Origin: Mesotaenium endlicherianum
Taxonomy: Eukaryota
Direction: 5' to 3'
NCBI GenBank assembly: GCA_009602735.1
Contig: WELA01003305.1
Span: 412,670-467,559 of the forward strand
Length of the DNA: 54,890 nt
Under the pieces are notes generated by a model. It made no database searches, was not told the DNA's origin, and worked only from the letters and a program-made list of their open reading frames with translations. Both the position numbers and the translations under genes were made by a program. Shown here in pieces: positions 14,494-29,884 of the stretch. How positions within the stretch are numbered: the stretch's first letter is position 1; every line of letters starts with the position of its first letter.

Positions 14494-14803
14494 ACATATG
14501 AAAGTGTGATCTACATTTTCTCGTCACATACATTTTCATTTTTTGTAACTCGTAAAAGACGTTCTCATTTTGTGATCCATAAAAGAGAATGCTAAATGCC
14601 CAAGTTGCAAAACGGACGTCATTGGATATTGATGTTATTTACAATAAAGCAAGACATATGAAAGTATGACCTATATTTTCTCGTCACATACATTCTCATT
14701 TTTTGTGACTCATAAAAGACATTCTCATTTTTTGTGACTCATAAAAGAGAACGCTAAATGCCCAAGTTGCAAAACGGACGTCATTGGATATTGATGTTAT
14801 TTA
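14494..14803 (+). repeat. ~160-bp tandem duplication
   Basis: acatatgaaagt...ctaaatgcccaagttgcaaaacggacgtcattggatattgatgttattta occurs twice. Confidence 0.9.
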
Positions 14804-15211
14804 AGATATAGCAATAAAAGAGGTAATAAAAGCATCACACAAGACCTTAGTATTCTCTTGGATCAAATTAAAAAGACCTTTCCATAAAGCAAAAAGTGGA
14901 TGCTTATGTTAGCCATATACATTACTATATCAGTTCAATATAATCTTGACAATCGTACAGTGTTCTTAATTAGCTCTTTATGCTTGTATATTGATAGCCA
15001 CAATTCATTGAGACAATTTGCTTTGTCTTGTTCTCTTGCATTTGATTGGTCTTGCATTGTAGTCATTGTGGAGAAGTCAAAAATATCGCAGCGAGAGACT
15101 TGAGACCAACATGTGACCAGCTATCTGGAAAATATTCGCGCACTTTTGCACGGTAGATTAAGATCAAAACCATGTGAGATATACAAGGATCGCCGAAGAC
15201 AGCGACAAAAC

Positions 15212-15647
15212 ATTGCGAGCAAAATTGGATGTGGACACAACGCACAAGGCCGGGTGGGATTGTGCACAGGTGCACGCGGATAGTACATGTCAGGCAATAA
15301 TAAATAAGGTTCCAATGGGGACGAGGTGACTATGACATGATAGACGAGCTGTCATAATACGCCAAATTGAGGGTCCCTAACAGCAGTCTATTTGGAGCTC
15401 GTCGGACCAATTTAACTTGTGAAGCTTACACTGCGAGAAAAATTGGATGTGAACACAACGCGCAAGGTCGGGTGGGGGTTGTGCACACGTGCACGCGGAT
15501 AGTACATGTTAGGCAATAACAAATAAGGTACCAATAGGAACGAGGTGACTATGACATGATCGACGAGCTGTCAGAATACGCCAAATTGAGGGTCTCTGAT
15601 AGTAGTCTATTTAAAACTCGCCGGACCCATTTAATTTGTGAAGCTTG
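15212..15647 (+). repeat. ~220-bp tandem duplication
   Basis: tgcgag.aaaattggatgtg.acacaacgc...gtgcacgcggatagtacatgt...acgccaaattgagggt...tgtgaagctt occurs twice. Confidence 0.9.
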
Positions 15648-15839
15648 AAGATTTGGTACAACAACAGCGACGAACATGAAAGTAACCGGCTGTTGTCAGA
15701 AGCAAGTCCTTCAAAATTTGACCAAAATGGACGTGAGGAAATTAATAAACTAGTAGAGTAAAATTTCTAATTGTTCAAATATGCCCGTCGGTGCCCGTCG
15801 GTCGATCCGGCTCGATAATATTATTAACTCAAATTCTTG

Positions 15840-17170
<1,331 letters not shown>

Positions 17171-19514
17171 ATTTCTCTTTTACTTGTTCCAGGTTATTCG
17201 TAGATAATAATCAAGATCAAGGCAGTCAAAAGTACCATTTTCACGAACAACATTTGTATATCTTGCCCTCTTCTTTGTACCAATTTTTTTCGGGATGGAA
17301 GTCATAGTCATATGGTCATGCAACAACAGTACTGTGCAAATAATCCTTAGAGTTTGCAGTTGGACGTTAACCAGCACAACAAATTTCATGTGCTATTTGC
17401 TTGGATTTTCCAATTTCAAACCATATCTCAACAATGTCTAATGTACTTTGAAAGTCATTTGAATTTTTTGATACCGTGTTATTCAATATTAAAAATATGT
17501 AATCAATAATTTAGACCTGCACACAAAGTATCAGCTAGAGACAATCAAATCTTGTTTCAAATCTTACTTACCACACATCAATTAAGTCAGACATTAATTA
17601 ACTTGAGGCCATATAATGTAGTTACAATGTAAAACTTCTGTTATGAAACGAGTATTGAAACGATACTCAAAGAAACTTGACAAATTAATACTTTTGATGA
17701 AAAAAATGGTAATGATTGATATAATCGATCATGTCTCTTTTCAAGCGGCTATTGGAGTCCTGCTTTGACAATGGCGTGAGTTTCGACATATGTGCCAAGT
17801 TATGTACAAAATTTTTATTTCCAATTGGGTATACTTTAAATTCCAAATTCTAAATTTTATACAACGTACACATTTGCAATAGAATATTGATATCTTTTGA
17901 TGCTCTACCATTAGCATCTTACTACACTTCATCTGTACGTCACGCGACAAATTGAGTGATATATTATAAATTTTTTTTTTTTAAGTAATTCATAATATGT
18001 ACTTGATATTTCAACAAAAAATCTAAAATAATAAATTTAAAATATGAATATTTCATAATTATAAAAAAATTATATTTAATTGACATAACTCATGATATTT
18101 TAAATAACAGAACAATTGTGAACCACTATCAATAGATTTAAAATTCTAAAAAATCAATATATATCAATGTTACATTTATTGTCATGAAATATTAACGTAT
18201 TTTTAATTCATTAATGCAATATATTATCATAAAATTTTAAAGTCTAAAAATATATAAAATTGAATTAATATTATTCATTTATTTGAAGATAAAATTTTTT
18301 ATCTGTTATTTATAAATTTTATAATCATACTAAATAAAATTTTCTTGCTTGTGTAATATTTTAAAAGTAAATTTGTCTATTAGATTTGAGTACGAGTAGA
18401 ATTCTTGTACTTAAATATAAACTTAAAATTATTTTTTAGTAAAATTATTAAATTAATATTGTTCACTTGTATATATTGTTTCTTTCTTATAAACAATGAA
18501 ATGATTATGGCACAAGTCTACTCCAAAATACTCACGCAATGAAGGTATGTACTGTATTTTTTATTTTAATTTATATATATACTATATAAATGTGTATATA
18601 TATATCTAATTATTCATGTATATTTGAAAACATTACAAATGTACAACAATTTATGATGTAAATTAATTTATATACACGCACATATAATTGTTTTTAATTT
18701 GCATGAAGTAATGTAGTTTGTGATTGAGTTATAATATGTCAACCAGCATAGGTCCACCATTGGACCTTACACCTTGCACCAATTGGCAACGATTAGTTTG
18801 AATTTCAAAACGTCGTCCATTTAATTTTGATCACTAATAGCTTTTTTCATCAATCTTTTTAAAAATCAGATTCTATCAACTAACTTCACCTATCCTAAAT
18901 TTTGCAAGGATACCTATTGCTGTGGCAAGATCTTGTCTTGTGGCTCCCATGGCAATCACGAGACTATGTCTTCTCGATTTGGCCACCCTGAACCCCTCTT
19001 AATCAAAAGCTGGAAAGTCCCCTTCACTCCCCTCCGCTTGAAGCGACAGCAACAGCCTATAGATGGAGTCACCACTTTACTTCCACCAAGATTTGAAACA
19101 AATTGACATGCAAATGTAACAATGGATAAGAAGAACAACACGAAGTATTTTTTACATCCATGCAAAAATTGGATCATGTTGCGGCTAGTCTTGCTACCTT
19201 TGTTCTCCTTTGACCAACGTTTGCAATAAATTGCTAAGACAGTGAGAAAAATACTAAGTCCATACACTGAGATTTTCTGCAACAGTCCCCAAGAAATCCA
19301 AATTTTTCTTTGAATTGTCAAGAGTTTTGTGATGACGACATAAAGAAGGAGGGATACGAATGCAGAGGTGCAAAGGTGCTTCTATGAAATCATTTTCATG
19401 GCCGTATGTAACTCTTTTGACTTTGGATACCAAAAAGCTCTCATCAATCCAATAAAAGTACTCCATGCTTGGATATCACATATCTGTAGTGGGTTAGCTT
19501 TAGAATCACGTTGG

Positions 19515-20512
19515 TGACAGTCAGGAGGTGAATATCGAACACCTAAGGCACACTTGCAATTCCATGATCTGCCTCGTATCGATCTTCAACATTTTTTTGT
19601 CTTCTCGCGTTTGTTTAGGGTTTGAAATTGGGCCATATGTTGGTCCCACTTCACCTTTTTGGGAGCCAAAGTTTTGTCGCGGGTAGTCTTAATTTCACAG
19701 CTTCCAATTTCAATTGCTTGAGTTTTTCCAACAATTTGCCTAAATTTTGCTTCTGACCCGCGTTGCAATAACGTAAAAAAGTCTGAAGATTTCTGAAAGG
19801 GGGAAAGGTGCGGGGAGTGCGCCCATACACACTCACGCACCCTCACCCGCGAGTATAAGAGTGCATGAGGACCTTTCCTAGTTGCATTCACACGGTGGAG
19901 TGGCCTGGTGGTGTGCCACCCTTGCAAGAGAGAGGGAGAGTTAATGAGAGAGGAGTGAAAAAGAATTCACTAGATTAAGAAAAGTCGTGTACAAGATAAG
20001 AAGGTTAGACTAGACTAACTAGGCCCCCTCCACTTCTTTGTGCTTCCCATTTATGCTTTAACTTTAAGTGTCCTCTCTAGCAAAGTACCTCCAGAACCTT
20101 CTCCTATGGCTCCTTCCATGTAGATGACCTTGCCTAGTTGGACACTCACACGCACACACAATCACACTCTAGAATATTCTACTACACAATCCACAAACTC
20201 CTCATGAAGTTTCTAAAAATCCACGAGACTTTGGCACTCTACGTAATCATAGTTTGTGGAATCATCATGATTCAATGTCCTACTTCGTGGACTCCAACCG
20301 AAATTTTCGTCACTGGACTTGTCCTTGTCACTAAATTGAATCTGTGACGATAAAAACTGACTAGAAACTTCCAAAACTTTCTCAATACTTGTCCAAATGA
20401 CTTGAAATAAAGACCAAAGTTCTTCTAAATCACACTCTATGCATACAAAATGCTAGAAAAATACAGATTACAATTTCATAATCTTACAATTTCACTATCT
20501 ATCTGGGTGTCA
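19515..20512 (-). mobile_element. Probable ~1-kb solo LTR of a further family
   Basis: TGACA...TGTCA inverted termini and LTR-like composition. The flanks GTTGG/GCTGC are only a 3/5 TSD match. Confidence 0.45.
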
Positions 20513-21873
20513 GCTGCTATAGTTACAACGGGATCATTAAGTGAATATTGCAACCGAATTATGAGCCAGACGCTTTTGTGTCTTCTTGTAAAAGCTAAAA
20601 GCTTTTTTGATTTGTTGACAAAGTCATAGTAGTATGTTACTTCTTTTAAATTTTTTAAAGAAAAACATCATCGAACTAAAAATTTGTTGGACTATCTACC
20701 AATTGGCAGTGGCCCTAGTTATGAAATTTGTATACGTCGCACACGTGTAGCAGATATACCGCTCGTACAAAACGTGGGAGTCAAAGCTCCATTTTCAAAT
20801 TTGCCAAAATACGTGCGTGTTGGTAATTTAGACCAGTCGTCGATTTTTAAGCGTGTGAAATTGTACGAAACCGACACATTTAGGGCTGTTTCGAAAACTT
20901 CCTTCGTTTTTCGCTTTGCTGACATGTTAGTCACCTCACACGCTTACATCCTGCCGAATATGTTGTTGTGGCCTTTCACACTTTGACGTCCGTCCGGTTT
21001 CAATTATGCCGGCTCTCTCATCAGTCGGCCATGGTCGTTTTGCATCTTTATGTAGGAAACAAACAGCAACTAAATTTTGGGCAAAAAGAATGGCTTCAAC
21101 TTTCAACTTTGAAGTGTTCAAATTTCCCGCAAAATCTTCTTCGATGGATATATGCGTTATGTTATGCTTCCATCTTCTTGCTTGTGTTGTCAGTGTGTCA
21201 TTCCCAGCAGCCAATCAAATACGTATCCAAATTTTTGTGCATTCTGTGTGGGCTATAAAGAACTTTCACCCTCTCATGTCCAATCAGATTAGAACATCAA
21301 ATACTTACTATAATCTATGATTGGGCAGCTGAAACAATTTGTTCTATTACGTACTTATTGAAGGTGAAGGACCCGTTCCAAGCTACAAAGAGCAGGACAT
21401 AGACGTATTGTGTGGAAGGCAAGGTGATATCAACAGTGAGGAAAAATAAAACAAGTGAACGCAAAAATCATATAAGCGACATCCTTACAAGCGATATGAT
21501 ATATTTTTTACTCCAATGACACAATAGTAGAGCGTTAATCCTATTGGAATGCAATGTGCGCCTGTTCTAGCAGTAAATTGATTATGTACATAATAAGGAG
21601 GGGCAAAGTATATCCCTAATTACAAGATTTTCGTGCACCCATCACTTTTTGCGCTTCCCTAATCTACCTGGTTCACCTGCACAGAAAGTGGAGTGGAAGT
21701 TCCAACCAATGATTTTCTTGTGCGAAAAGTCAATTATAATGTCTGTCACAGACATGGTTGAGGGGCTAGGACTATGTTCTGTGGCACTGGTGCTTGTCGA
21801 CCTGAAGGAAACTGCAGTAGGGAAAGTTGCTGTTGTTGCAAATCTTGAGGAGGTGCAGGGTTCAGTTTGTGCA

Positions 21874-22594
21874 TGTAATGAATCAGTATATTGGTTGACA
21901 TAATATTCATTTAAATAATATAGTTAAAAAAGTTCAGCCTGCTGAACTCTAGTTAATGAACAGTCTGCTGGACTTTATAGTTAATATCAGTTTAATGACT
22001 CGGCCCGAAGTAGCAGGCTGAGGTCACCTCAAGTCAGCTTGCTGACACATTCTTTGACAGCCAGCTGACTTCCGTACTCGGTAGCAGCGAACTGCCTCGA
22101 TATGCATCTAAGTGTGGTATGCTAGATGAATGGCCAGATGACATCCCTATGATGGATGGCGATTCGGGATGATGGGAGATGGCGGTGGATTTGGTTAACC
22201 GAGGTCCTACCAACGTGGTTAACTCCCGGGTAGGCGGTGCCATCGCACTGACCGTTGAACAGTAAACTCATTCCATGTACATATGCTAGGCATTGCTCTC
22301 GAGTTCGGCATTCGGAAACGAAGCCAACTCTCTTGTACAGCTTACTNGAGAGCGATCTGAATCCAAGGCAAGAAGCCATTGATACGCACTGTCTTCTAAC
22401 CTTGCTTATGTATGAGTTTACTGATTTGCATTATTGATGCTAGTTTACTCGCATTTGACTTACGAGTATTATTCACTGCTAGTGTATTGTCCTTTGCCGT
22501 TTAACCAGTTAACGGAAATACCATAAAGATTACTTGCTGATATAAAAATCTTTATTAATTGTTAATGGCCTATTTGGTAAGTCGATTCATTTCA
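21874..22594 (+). repeat. 5' LTR of outer element (721 bp)
   Basis: TGTAATG...TTTCA. About 20 differences from the 3' LTR counted by eye (~97% identity). Confidence 0.95.
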
Positions 22595-22595
22595 G

Positions 22596-22607
22596 TGGTA
22601 TCGGAGC
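22596..22607 (+). promoter_or_regulatory. Primer-binding site (tRNAiMet type) of outer element
   Basis: TGGTATCGGAGC one base after the LTR end. Confidence 0.9.
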
Positions 22608-23206
22608 AGTTATCACAGTTTTCTTTGTATGGTAAGGACAAGGTCTCAAACTAGCAACTCCCGAGACATGGAGAACCAGGACAACGAGAATGCCAAAAAC
22701 CAGGCGGAAACCCATGTAGCGGGAACCCGTACCTATTCTGAAGCAGTGGCAGATACTGCAACTAGAGAGGCTGCAGATGAGGCAGCTGCTATTGCCGCAG
22801 TCGCAGCACAGCAAGCTGAGGAGGAGAGAGCCAGATTAGAAGCTGAACAAGTAGCAAAGGCCGCTGAAGATACAGAAAGGAGGGAAGGACAGCCAGCTGA
22901 CGAGCGCACTGTTGAAGAACTTATGGCATCAAGGGCCAATGTTCTGAACCCACCTCCTGCTGTACAACTCAATGTACCCCTAGGTCAAATACGTGACCGG
23001 CTGAATGCGGCAGGAATTGCTGCTGCAGGAGCGAGAGGGATTGTTGAGGACACTACTTAGCGAGTAGATGCCAATGCTGCTGCTGCATTTGCTAATCTAC
23101 CACCCCAGAGTGTAGACTTGGAAGCATTGCTCGTTCAGATGCAGTCGCAAATGGCGACCATGTATCAGTCCCAGCAGGAGGACAAAAGAATCATAATGTT
23201 CCTACT

Positions 23207-23709
23207 TGTAGTGAAACAGATAGATAAAGTACTTAGTAAAACAGAATACTTTATCTATTCAAGACAAGGATCTTTGAACACAAGTGGTAGCTTCTTGAAA
23301 GAGAGATGGCTTCTTGAAAGTTAATATATTTCTGGATTTTGGCAAGTACAAGAGTGATTCTCGAATGTCTTTCTATGTTCTAGCTCTTGTTTATATACTT
23401 GCTACATAAGTAATTTCTAGGAAGGTGTATGTTGATGTGTTGGCACCCAACACATCCCAAAACTTGCCACCTCTTTCTAGAATAATGTACACATGTCCTT
23501 TTGACCTAAAAATGGCACATTTGACTTTTGCCACATGGAGTTCTTCTAGGTCTTTCCTCTAACTTCGAAAATGCCTTGGAAGGTTCAAAGGACATGAACC
23601 AAGTTACTAGAGTACCTATTCACACTTGACTCCACACAATACTACTCCAAATATATTTGAAAACATTAAAATATATGCAAACTAATATATAATAACTCAA
23701 ATCACTACA
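23207..23709 (-). repeat. 3' LTR of inner element (503 bp)
   Basis: TGTAGTG...CACTACA termini; about 6 differences from the 5' LTR by eye. Confidence 0.95.
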
Positions 23710-24478
23710 TCACCCCCCCGATAGAAAAAGCGACGTCTCGGCGCGTCAAGTCAGGTCTTACACATGTGGAGCAAACTAGTCAACAGTTTCAAGTCAGATG
23801 CCACACATGTGAAGAGGACTAGTCAAAGGCGCCAAGTCAGGTGCTACACATGTAAGGTAGACTAGGCAAGGTCGTAGGTGGTGTGACCTTATTGGCTAGC
23901 CTACTCCTTAATGATAAAGAAAATTGTACAAGTTGGCCCAGAATCTGCCACGAACTCAAAAATTCATAGCGGCCACAGAACTGCTCCAAATCTGAAAATT
24001 CGAGTGCCAGACGGACCGCGTCGGAGAACTCTACCGGGTCACCAAATTTGAGAGCATTCTCATTTCTGGAGTGTCGTTGAGAGCTGAGAGAGTAGGCACT
24101 CCTCCAAATCTGTGCAGAAACTTCTGAAAATCATAAGTCCTTCTATACTTCTCCAAATTCTGCAAACTAAGTCTCAAACTGGGCGCTGTAAGATGTTCTA
24201 CCAGAGTCTTGAGTTTCAGAGCATTCCAAGTTCAGGGGAGGGCACAATGTCAGAAGGCATATTCTGCCCTAACAATGCCAGCAGCCTGACCCCCTTCTAC
24301 TTAGAGCATCATATCTCTCTCACCAGTGCTCCAAATTGAGCAAACTTGGACTCTAAATGACCGGCTACTCATGGACTACAGCCAGGTAAATTTTCAGAAT
24401 TTATTATGCAGAGACCTATTACCAGTAGCAGTTTTAGTTTTCTGTCCAGAAACTGCGAGAAGAGAAGAGTGTCTAATG

Positions 24479-27400
24479 TCAATTTTTCCTCTTTCTTGTT
24501 CTTGCAGGCTGCCTCCAAGGGGTCTTCTGCTGCTTCTTGATGGTGGCAGGCTGCCTCCCTGAAGTCTTCGGGCTTCTAGTAGAGAGACTTGGGGCTGGTC
24601 CAAGATGGGGGTTGGCGGCATGGAAGCGCTTCAACTTTCTCTGAACTTTGTCAAGGTAGTGCGCCGCCACCCAACTATTCTCCGAATCTGGATATCCTTT
24701 CCACTTGATCAAGTATTGCTGCTGTCTCCTGAAATTTCTCATAGCCACTATGTCTTCCACTTCGTACTCCAAATGATCATCCACTATTGTTGGGGCTGGT
24801 GGGGTTGTCACACGTCCTGGGAACTTGTTGTCGGGTTGCACATATGGCTTGAAGAGGGAAGCGTGGAATACGGGGTCGATGTGCATAGTCTGGGGAAGTT
24901 CTAGCTTGAAAGCAACGGGGTTGACTTGCTGGATAATCTTGAAGGGTCCCAAATACTTGGGAGAGAACTTGCTGCCGGCAGGCCTGTTGTTCAGGGAAAT
25001 GTTCTTGGATGATAGTAACACGTTGTCACCCACTCTGTACGTAATTTCTCTTCTGGATCTGTTCGCCACTCTTGCTTGAGCATCTTGCGCGTGTTGTAGA
25101 GCTTTCTTCGCTGCTGTAAGGGCTGCTTCTAATGTCTCCATAAAATCTGTGGCTGCAGGTACTTCATCATGGCCAGCCGTGAAGCTCAGTGGCGTGGTCG
25201 GATGGAAGCCATAGTTGAGGAAGAATGGGGACTCTTGGGTAGAGGCCTGCGTAGTGTTGTTGTAGGCAAACTCGAGGGGGGTCAAGTACATGTCCCAGTC
25301 TTGCTCGAGGGTAGACACGTAGGCCTTTAGAGAGGTCTTTAGGGTACGATTCATACGCTCGGTTTGCCCATCTGATTGTGGGTGGTAGGCAGTAGACATA
25401 TCCAGCGATGTACCCAAGTTCTTGAAGAGATTTTTCCAGAAATGGCTTGTGAATCTTGGATCTCTATCTGACACAATTCTTGATGGTAGTCCATGGAGTC
25501 GGAAGATGTTGTCAAAGATGAGTCTTGCAAGTTGTGGTGCTGTAGCCTTAGTCGTCGTGGGAATAAAATGAGCCATCTTGGTAAGTCTGTCCACCGCCGT
25601 GAGTATTGCATTATGGCCTCGAGGTGTCACGGGCAAGTCCACGATAAGGTCCATTGAGATGTCCGTCCATTGTCTTTCGGGGATTGGTAGTGGTTGGAGG
25701 AGTCCTCCCGCCTTTTGCGATGATGGCTTGATTCTTTGGCATGTGTCACAGCTCCTGCAGTACTCCTTGACTTGCTTAGACATGCCTGGCCAACAATAAG
25801 TCCTAGCTAGAACGCCCGTGGTCCTTAGGATTCCAAAGTGTCCTCCAAGAGGGTTGTCGTGTGCTTCTCGTAGAAGCAAGAGCCGGAGGTCTAAGTCATT
25901 AGGAACACATCTCTGGCCCGTATCTTGCCTCACCCAATAATTGCCTTCTTGCTTCTTGCATGGGTCCAAGGCTGCTTCTCCGTTCTTGTAGTAAGGGTCT
26001 CTTTCATAGGCGGCTGAAAATCGAGCTTCCAGATCTGTCTTCAGGGATACCATCACTGCATTTAATTGCAGTCTTGAGAGGGGGTCAGCCGGGTTTGTCT
26101 TGCCGGGCTGGTACTGAATCGTGATGTTGTATTGTTGCAAGTATCCGCTCCATCTTGCTTGTCTCCTTGAGAGATACGGCTGCGTTTGGAGGTGCTTTAA
26201 CGCCTCGTGGTCCGTGGTGACCAGTACTTTGCGTCCTTCAACGTAGCAGCGCCAAACCTTCAAGGCATGTACAATCGCCAATGCCTCTCGCTCCGTGGTT
26301 GTATAATTTTGCTCGGCTGGATTTAGCTTCCTTGACTCGTAGGCGATGGGCTGCAGTCCCTTGCCTTGGTCTTGAAGCAGGATTGCTCCTATTGCATAGG
26401 AAGATGCATCGGTGATGACGTGGAAGGGCCAATCTGGGTTTGGACTTGGGAGTGTGAGCACCGGGGATGTGGTCAATCTTCGCTTTAACTCTTGAAATGC
26501 CTCTTCCTCTTTCTCGGTCCATGTATATAGCCTGTCCTTCTTGAGTAGATCTGTCAGGGGGGCTGCTATGTGCGAGAAGCCTTGGATGAATTTTCTGTAC
26601 CAATTGGCAAATCCCAAGAATGACTGGAGTTCTTTCTTGGTCGTGGGGGTTGGCCATTCCTCCACCACCGTGGTCTTCTTGGGGTCTATCTTGATGCCAT
26701 CAGCAGTCACGTGGAGACCTAGGAACTCCACTTCTTGTTTGGCAAACTCGCATTTTGACTCCTTCGCAAACAGCTTGTTTTGCTTCAATACTTCAAGGAC
26801 TTCTTTCAAGTGTCTCGCATGCTCTTCAAGGGTCTTGCTGTAGATAAGGATGTCATCGATGAATACCACCACAAATCTGTCCAACATGGGCTGAAATATG
26901 GTGTTCATCATAGTCATGAAAGTTGCTGGCGCGTTGGTGAGTCCAAATGGCAGGACCATGAACTCAAAATGTCCATATCTTGTCCTGAATGCCGTCTTCT
27001 CTATGTCCGGTTCTGCGATGCGAATCTGGTGGTAGCCGCTCCGTAAGTCAATCTTCGTGAAGTACTTGGCTCCAACCAGCCGGTCCATGAGCTCATCCAT
27101 GCGCGGCAGCGGGTATCGATTCTTGATGGTGATCTTGTTGAGGGCGCGATAGTCCACACACATCCTCAAGGTACCATCTTTCTTCTTGACAAATAGCACC
27201 GGGGCTCCAAATGGCGACTTGCTAGGTCGAATGAAGCCATGCTCCAGTAGCTCCTTGATTTGCTTCTTGACTTCGTCTAGCTCCGTGTATGACATTTTGA
27301 ACGTAGGCCGAGAGATGGGCTTGCTTCCGGGCTCCAACTCTATCTTGTGGTCTACGAATCTTTTGGGGGGTAGGCCCTTGGGCAATTCCGGGGAGAACAC

Positions 27401-28087
27401 TTCTTTGTAGTCCTCTAAGACTTCTTGTATCTCCTTGGGAACGGGGCTGCCTTCTTGACTCTCGATGTCTTTCTTGATGTCTTTTGGCGTGATCAAGGCC
27501 AAAAGAAGCTCGTGTCCCTTCCTCACAAGTCTCTTGAGTTGGAGGGCGGACAATAGTATCTCGTGTGCCGGCTTCTGGATGTCTTGGGTCTGGATATTCT
27601 GGATTGCGCGCAAAATACAGATTCTTGAAGTGATGTCATTCTTGATCTTGATAGTACCGGTCCTCCAATCAACTTGGGGGTTGTGCTTGGTCAACCAAGG
27701 CGTCCCTAGGATGACGTCGTACTTGCCCAATTGCATGGGGGAGAACACTACTCTATCCTTGAAGGACTTGATAGAGAGTGCCAAGGGGTACGTCTTCTTG
27801 GAAGGGGTAGTATAGGAGAATCCATCGGGCATCATAATCTCCTCGTCGTGGTCAAGAGTTCGCATAGTAATACCGTGCTTGGTGGCAAAATCTGCAGCAA
27901 TGAAGTTGCCTTGAGCTCCGCTATCCACCAAGATGTGGACCTTCTCTCCTCCAAGGTAACCTCTCAAACTCATTGGGGCTGGAACGTCGTCTTCAACGGG
28001 GGTCTCCACCTCACTTGGCGTGTTGCCTTCTCGTGAAGTGGGTCTTGGGGTGGTAGGCTCCTGGCCTACCGGCGCTGTCCGTTTTTT
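24479..28087 (-). CDS. pol: Pol of inner element: aspartic protease, RT, RNase H, integrase, chromodomain; probably entered by -1 frameshift
   Basis: LVDSGA protease, [21 protein letters not shown] RNase H, HHCC zinc finger, SDRD…ERMN integrase, GPF module, and YEVEDI…[15 protein letters not shown] chromodomain. Confidence 0.97.
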   Translation of the reverse strand, partial: KKRTAPVGQEPTTPRPTSREGNTPSEVETPVEDDVPAPMSLRGYLGGEKVHILVDSGAQGNFIAADFATKHGITMRTLDHDEEIMMPDGFSYTTPSKKTYPLALSIKSFKDRVVFSPMQLGKYDVILGTPWLTKHNPQVDWRTGTIKIKNDITSRICILRAIQNIQTQDIQKPAHEILLSALQLKRLVRKGHELLLALITPKDIKKDIESQEGSPVPKEIQEVLEDYKEVFSPELPKGLPPKRFVDHKIELEPGSKPISRPTFKMSYTELDEVKKQIKELLEHGFIRPSKSPFGAPVLFVKKKDGTLRMCVDYRALNKITIKNRYPLPRMDELMDRLVGAKYFTKIDLRSGYHQIRIAEPDIEKTAFRTRYGHFEFMVLPFGLTNAPATFMTMMNTIFQPMLDRFVVVFIDDILIYSKTLEEHARHLKEVLEVLKQNKLFAKESKCEFAKQEVEFLGLHVTADGIKIDPKKTTVVEEWPTPTTKKELQSFLGFANWYRKFIQGFSHIAAPLTDLLKKDRLYTWTEKEEEAFQELKRRLTTSPVLTLPSPNPDWPFHVITDASSYAIGAILLQDQGKGLQPIAYESRKLNPAEQNYTTTEREALAIVHALKVWRCYVEGRKVLVTTDHEALKHLQTQPYLSRRQARWSGYLQQYNITIQYQPGKTNPADPLSRLQLNAVMVSLKTDLEARFSAAYERDPYYKNGEAALDPCKKQEGNYWVRQDTGQRCVPNDLDLRLLLLREAHDNPLGGHFGILRTTGVLARTYCWPGMSKQVKEYCRSCDTCQRIKPSSQKAGGLLQPLPIPERQWTDISMDLIVDLPVTPRGHNAILTAVDRLTKMAHFIPTTTKATAPQLARLIFDNIFRLHGLPSRIVSDRDPRFTSHFWKNLFKNLGTSLDMSTAYHPQSDGQTERMNRTLKTSLKAYVSTLEQDWDMYLTPLEFAYNNTTQASTQESPFFLNYGFHPTTPLSFTAGHDEVPAATDFMETLEAALTAAKKALQHAQDAQARVANRSRREITYRVGDNVLLSSKNISLNNRPAGSKFSPKYLGPFKIIQQVNPVAFKLELPQTMHIDPVFHASLFKPYVQPDNKFPGRVTTPPAPTIVDDHLEYEVEDIVAMRNFRRQQQYLIKWKGYPDSENSWVAAHYLDKVQRKLKRFHAANPHLGPAPSLSTRSPKTSGRQPATIKKQQKTPWRQPARTRKRKN

Positions 28088-29346
28088 GACAACTTTTTGG
28101 GGCATGAAAGTGCACGATGGCCCTTTTCCTTGCAATAAAAGCATAGTCCAGCCGTCATGAGAGCTTCTTTTTCAGCCGGGGAGAGTCTTGCTTTCACTCC
28201 TTGCTGGTTTCTTGCATCATAAGTGTCATTGGAGGGTCTTCCACTCTTCCGGGCAGCCGCGGGGTCCCTTTTAATAACTCCGATTTCCATGGGTGTGGGT
28301 CCAGATTCGGATGTGGAAGGGGCTGCGTACACCCGCGTCGTCGGTACCCGTGAAGATGAAGGCACGGAGTGCTTGAAATCCAAGGTATCCACCTTTTGGG
28401 CCACTTCAATGATCTTTGAGAAGTCCGTCAAGTCGCGTAACTCCACTTCCTTTGCCACCTTGGGTTTGAGGCCAAAGATGTAGCGGTCAATCTTCTCCTC
28501 GAGAGACATGTTGGGGATCTCAAGAGTGAGGGCGTGAAATCTGGATGTATACTCTTGAACGGACGTCGTTTGCTTGAGATGGTGGAGCTTTCCTCGGGCA
28601 ATCTTCTCCGCATTGATGGGCATGAATTGCTTCTTGAGGGCCTCACGAAAATCTGCCCATCTTGCATATGATGGTGGGGGCTCTTGGCCGAGCATGGGGT
28701 GCGCCATAGCTTGATATATAGCCGCTTGATAGTTACGCCACCATGATGTTGCTGCTCCTCTAAGTAAGGTAACGGCAAAGGGAACGTAGTCCTCCTCGGG
28801 TACTTCAAGGAATGCGAGGTACGTCTCCACTTGGTAGAGCCATAAATTCAGGTTGGCACCTTTCCCGGGGTTGAAAGTGTCGGGTTTGCCGGGCTTGATG
28901 AGTTTCCTTGCTCTCGTTGGCTCTTGTGGAGGCGCTTGAGCCGGGGCTGGATTTTGAGCATTGCTCGCAATAGGGGCAACCATGGCAGCCATAGCTTCTC
29001 TTGACGCTTGCACGGTTGCTTCATAGGTGGCCAAGCCCACTTGGTTGTGGACGGTCATTAGGAAGGCTGCCCACTCATTTGCGGGAACTCCTTGTGGTGG
29101 GGTCAACTTTGCTATAGCGGCTGCCACGGGATTTGACGGTGCTCCTCCTTGTGGTGCTTCTTGTTGTTGGAGATTTCCTTGAGTAGGCTCTCCCATCGAC
29201 GCTGGAGGAGGGTGTGCTCCTCCTTGTGGTGCTTCTTGTTGTTGCAGATTTTCTTGAGTGGGCTCTCCCATCGGCGCTGGAGGAGGGTGTCTTGGAGAGG
29301 AAGGGCTTCCTTCGAAAGCTTGCTGTTGGTCTTGAGGATCGGCCAT
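28066..29346 (-). CDS. gag: Gag of inner element (426 aa)
   Basis: KPDTF…WLYQVETY…[26 protein letters not shown] and a [14 protein letters not shown] zinc knuckle. A 24-aa N-terminal segment is duplicated. Confidence 0.95.
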   Translation of the reverse strand: MADPQDQQQAFEGSPSSPRHPPPAPMGEPTQENLQQQEAPQGGAHPPPASMGEPTQGNLQQQEAPQGGAPSNPVAAAIAKLTPPQGVPANEWAAFLMTVHNQVGLATYEATVQASREAMAAMVAPIASNAQNPAPAQAPPQEPTRARKLIKPGKPDTFNPGKGANLNLWLYQVETYLAFLEVPEEDYVPFAVTLLRGAATSWWRNYQAAIYQAMAHPMLGQEPPPSYARWADFREALKKQFMPINAEKIARGKLHHLKQTTSVQEYTSRFHALTLEIPNMSLEEKIDRYIFGLKPKVAKEVELRDLTDFSKIIEVAQKVDTLDFKHSVPSSSRVPTTRVYAAPSTSESGPTPMEIGVIKRDPAAARKSGRPSNDTYDARNQQGVKARLSPAEKEALMTAGLCFYCKEKGHRALSCPKKLSKNGQRR

Positions 29347-29383
29347 CTTCTTGTGCTACCAAAGTGCCTAGCTCCGATACCAC

Positions 29384-29884
29384 TGTAGTGAAACAGATAG
29401 ATAAAGTACTTAGTAAAACAGAATACTTTATCTATTCAAGACAAGGATCTTTGAACACAAGTGGTAGCTTCTTGAAAGAGAGATGGCTTCTTGAAAGTTA
29501 ATATATTTCTGGATTTTGGCAAGTACAAGAGTGATTCTGGAATGTCTTTCTATGTTCTAGCTCTTGTTTATATACTTGCTACATAAGTAATTTCTAGGAA
29601 GGTGTATGTTGATGTGTTGGCACCCAACACATCCCAAAACTTGCCACCTCTTTCTAGAATAATGTACACATGTCCTTTTGACCTAAAAATGGCACATCTG
29701 ACTTTTGCCTTGGAGTTCTTCTAGGTCTTTCCTCTAACTTCGAAAATGCCTTGGAAGGTTCAAAGGACATGAACCAAGTTACTAGAGTACCTATTCACAC
29801 TTGACTCCACACAATACCACTCCAAATATATTTGAAAACATTAAAATATATGCGAACTAATATATAATAACTCAAATCACTATA
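29384..29884 (-). repeat. 5' LTR of inner element (501 bp; terminal TG mutated to TA)
   Basis: Near-identical to 23207-23709; adjoins the PBS. Confidence 0.95.

Larger units (their letters stand above)
23207..29884 (-). mobile_element. Complete Ty3/Gypsy chromovirus (inner element, family 2), apparently intact
   Basis: LTRs 29384-29884 and 23207-23709, TSD CTACT, PBS TGGTATCGGAGC (29371-29382), PPT CGGGGGGGTGA (23710-23720), open gag and pol. Confidence 0.98.

Noticed and set aside
14494..15647. Tandem repeats as a possible CRISPR-like array
   Set aside because: Only two long units each, no repeat-spacer pattern, no cas genes, eukaryotic context.
24605..27815. Plus-strand ORFs overlapping the inner pol
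   Set aside because: Antisense shadows of a long coding frame, with no independent features.
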